Below are positions 36,437-36,923 of a stretch of 36,923 bases of DNA, one piece after another (the stretch's first letter is position 1; the number at the start of each line of letters is the position of its first letter). The position numbers were made by a program, and so were the translations under genes. The DNA lies in assembly GCA_043825735.1 (NCBI GenBank), contig JBDRRP010000014.1, positions 1-36,923 on the forward strand. The letters are read 5' to 3'. The notes beneath the pieces were generated by a model that was given only the letters and a program-made list of their open reading frames with translations, was not told where the DNA came from and ran no database searches. The stretch comes from Pseudomonadota bacterium. GTDB taxonomy: Bacteria; Desulfobacterota; Desulfobacteria; Desulfobacterales; JBDRRP01.

Positions 36437-36742
36437 CTAGAGTTTAATCTCGACGTCCACCCCTGGAGAGAGGTCCAGCTTCATCAGGGCATCGACGGTC
36501 TGCTGTGTGGGCTCCAAAATATCCAACAGTCGTTTGTGCGTTCTAATCTCGAACTGCTCCCGAGATTTCTTATCGATGTGTGGCGACCGCAGCACACAAT
36601 ACTTATTGATGCATGTTGGCAGCGGAATCGGTCCGACAACCTTAGCGCCGGTTTTATTCGCCGTATCCACGATATCGGCCGAGGACTGGTCAAGCAGCTT
36701 ATGATCGTAAGCCTTTAAACGGATACGAATTTTGGTTTTCAT
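36437..36742 (-). CDS. rpsJ: 30S ribosomal protein S10
   Basis: [39 protein letters not shown]. Start 36742 or 36748; the ORF-track extension to 36850 overlaps tuf. Confidence 0.97.
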   Translation of the reverse strand: MKTKIRIRLKAYDHKLLDQSSADIVDTANKTGAKVVGPIPLPTCINKYCVLRSPHIDKKSREQFEIRTHKRLLDILEPTQQTVDALMKLDLSPGVDVEIKL

Positions 36743-36764
36743 AATCATGACTGTCTGCTTTCTT

Positions 36765-36923
36765 TTATTCGACGATATCGCTGACGACGCCGGCGCCGAC
36801 CGTACGACCGCCTTCGCGGACGGCAAAGCGCAGCTCTTTTTCCATGGCAATCGGCGTGATCAACTCGGCCGTAATGGCCACGTTGTCCCCGGGCATCACC
36901 ATCTCAACACCCTCGGGCAGCTC
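36765..36923 (-). CDS. tuf: elongation factor Tu, C-terminal 52 aa (partial)
   Basis: Own translation: [52 protein letters not shown]. Confidence 0.97.
   Translation of the reverse strand, partial: ELPEGVEMVMPGDNVAITAELITPIAMEKELRFAVREGGRTVGAGVVSDIVE

Noticed and set aside
22604..36923. Visibly lower GC content of the ribosomal operon as a sign of horizontal transfer
   Set aside because: Canonical gene order of core genes; codon bias of highly expressed genes is a sufficient explanation (GC judged by eye, not computed).
1..36923. tRNA, rRNA, transposase, integrase, phage or defence genes
   Set aside because: None recognised by eye in either strand or in the ORF track.

Overview
Bacterial chromosomal window, most likely a sulfate-reducing Desulfobacterota/Desulfobacterales-type organism (inferred from gene content; not verified). 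The right ~14.3 kb (22604-36923, minus strand) is the housekeeping tuf-S10-spc-alpha ribosomal protein superoperon ending at rplQ with a strong terminator. The left ~22.5 kb is accessory: a partial chemoreceptor with a sigma28-type promoter; recQ with a histidine phosphatase; a CBS protein; a minus-strand run of rhodanese-MBL hydrolase, cNMP-PilZ-like, cNMP and response regulator-DUF4388 genes; a sigma54-preceded small protein; manC; an AEC transporter; a ThiS/MoaD-ThiF pair; a TetR-flanked operon (acyl-CoA ligase, 2-hydroxyacyl-CoA dehydratase/aryl-CoA reductase-type subunits, a Na+ symporter with an extra extracytoplasmic domain, and an ATP-dependent activase); CMD; a flavodoxin/WrbA protein; a MarR remnant; and an orphan FliW. 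The most striking unexplained signal is a set of five intergenic nested hairpin elements (3525-3655, 5472-5519, 12981-13084, 19732-19891, 22334-22529). Each has a core of tandem 8-9-nt CRCRRAG-type units mirrored in inverted orientation, wrapped in apparently interchangeable outer inverted-repeat shells. Two of them are homologous copies in opposite orientation, and no transposase is present in the window. All alignments and coordinates were worked out by eye.
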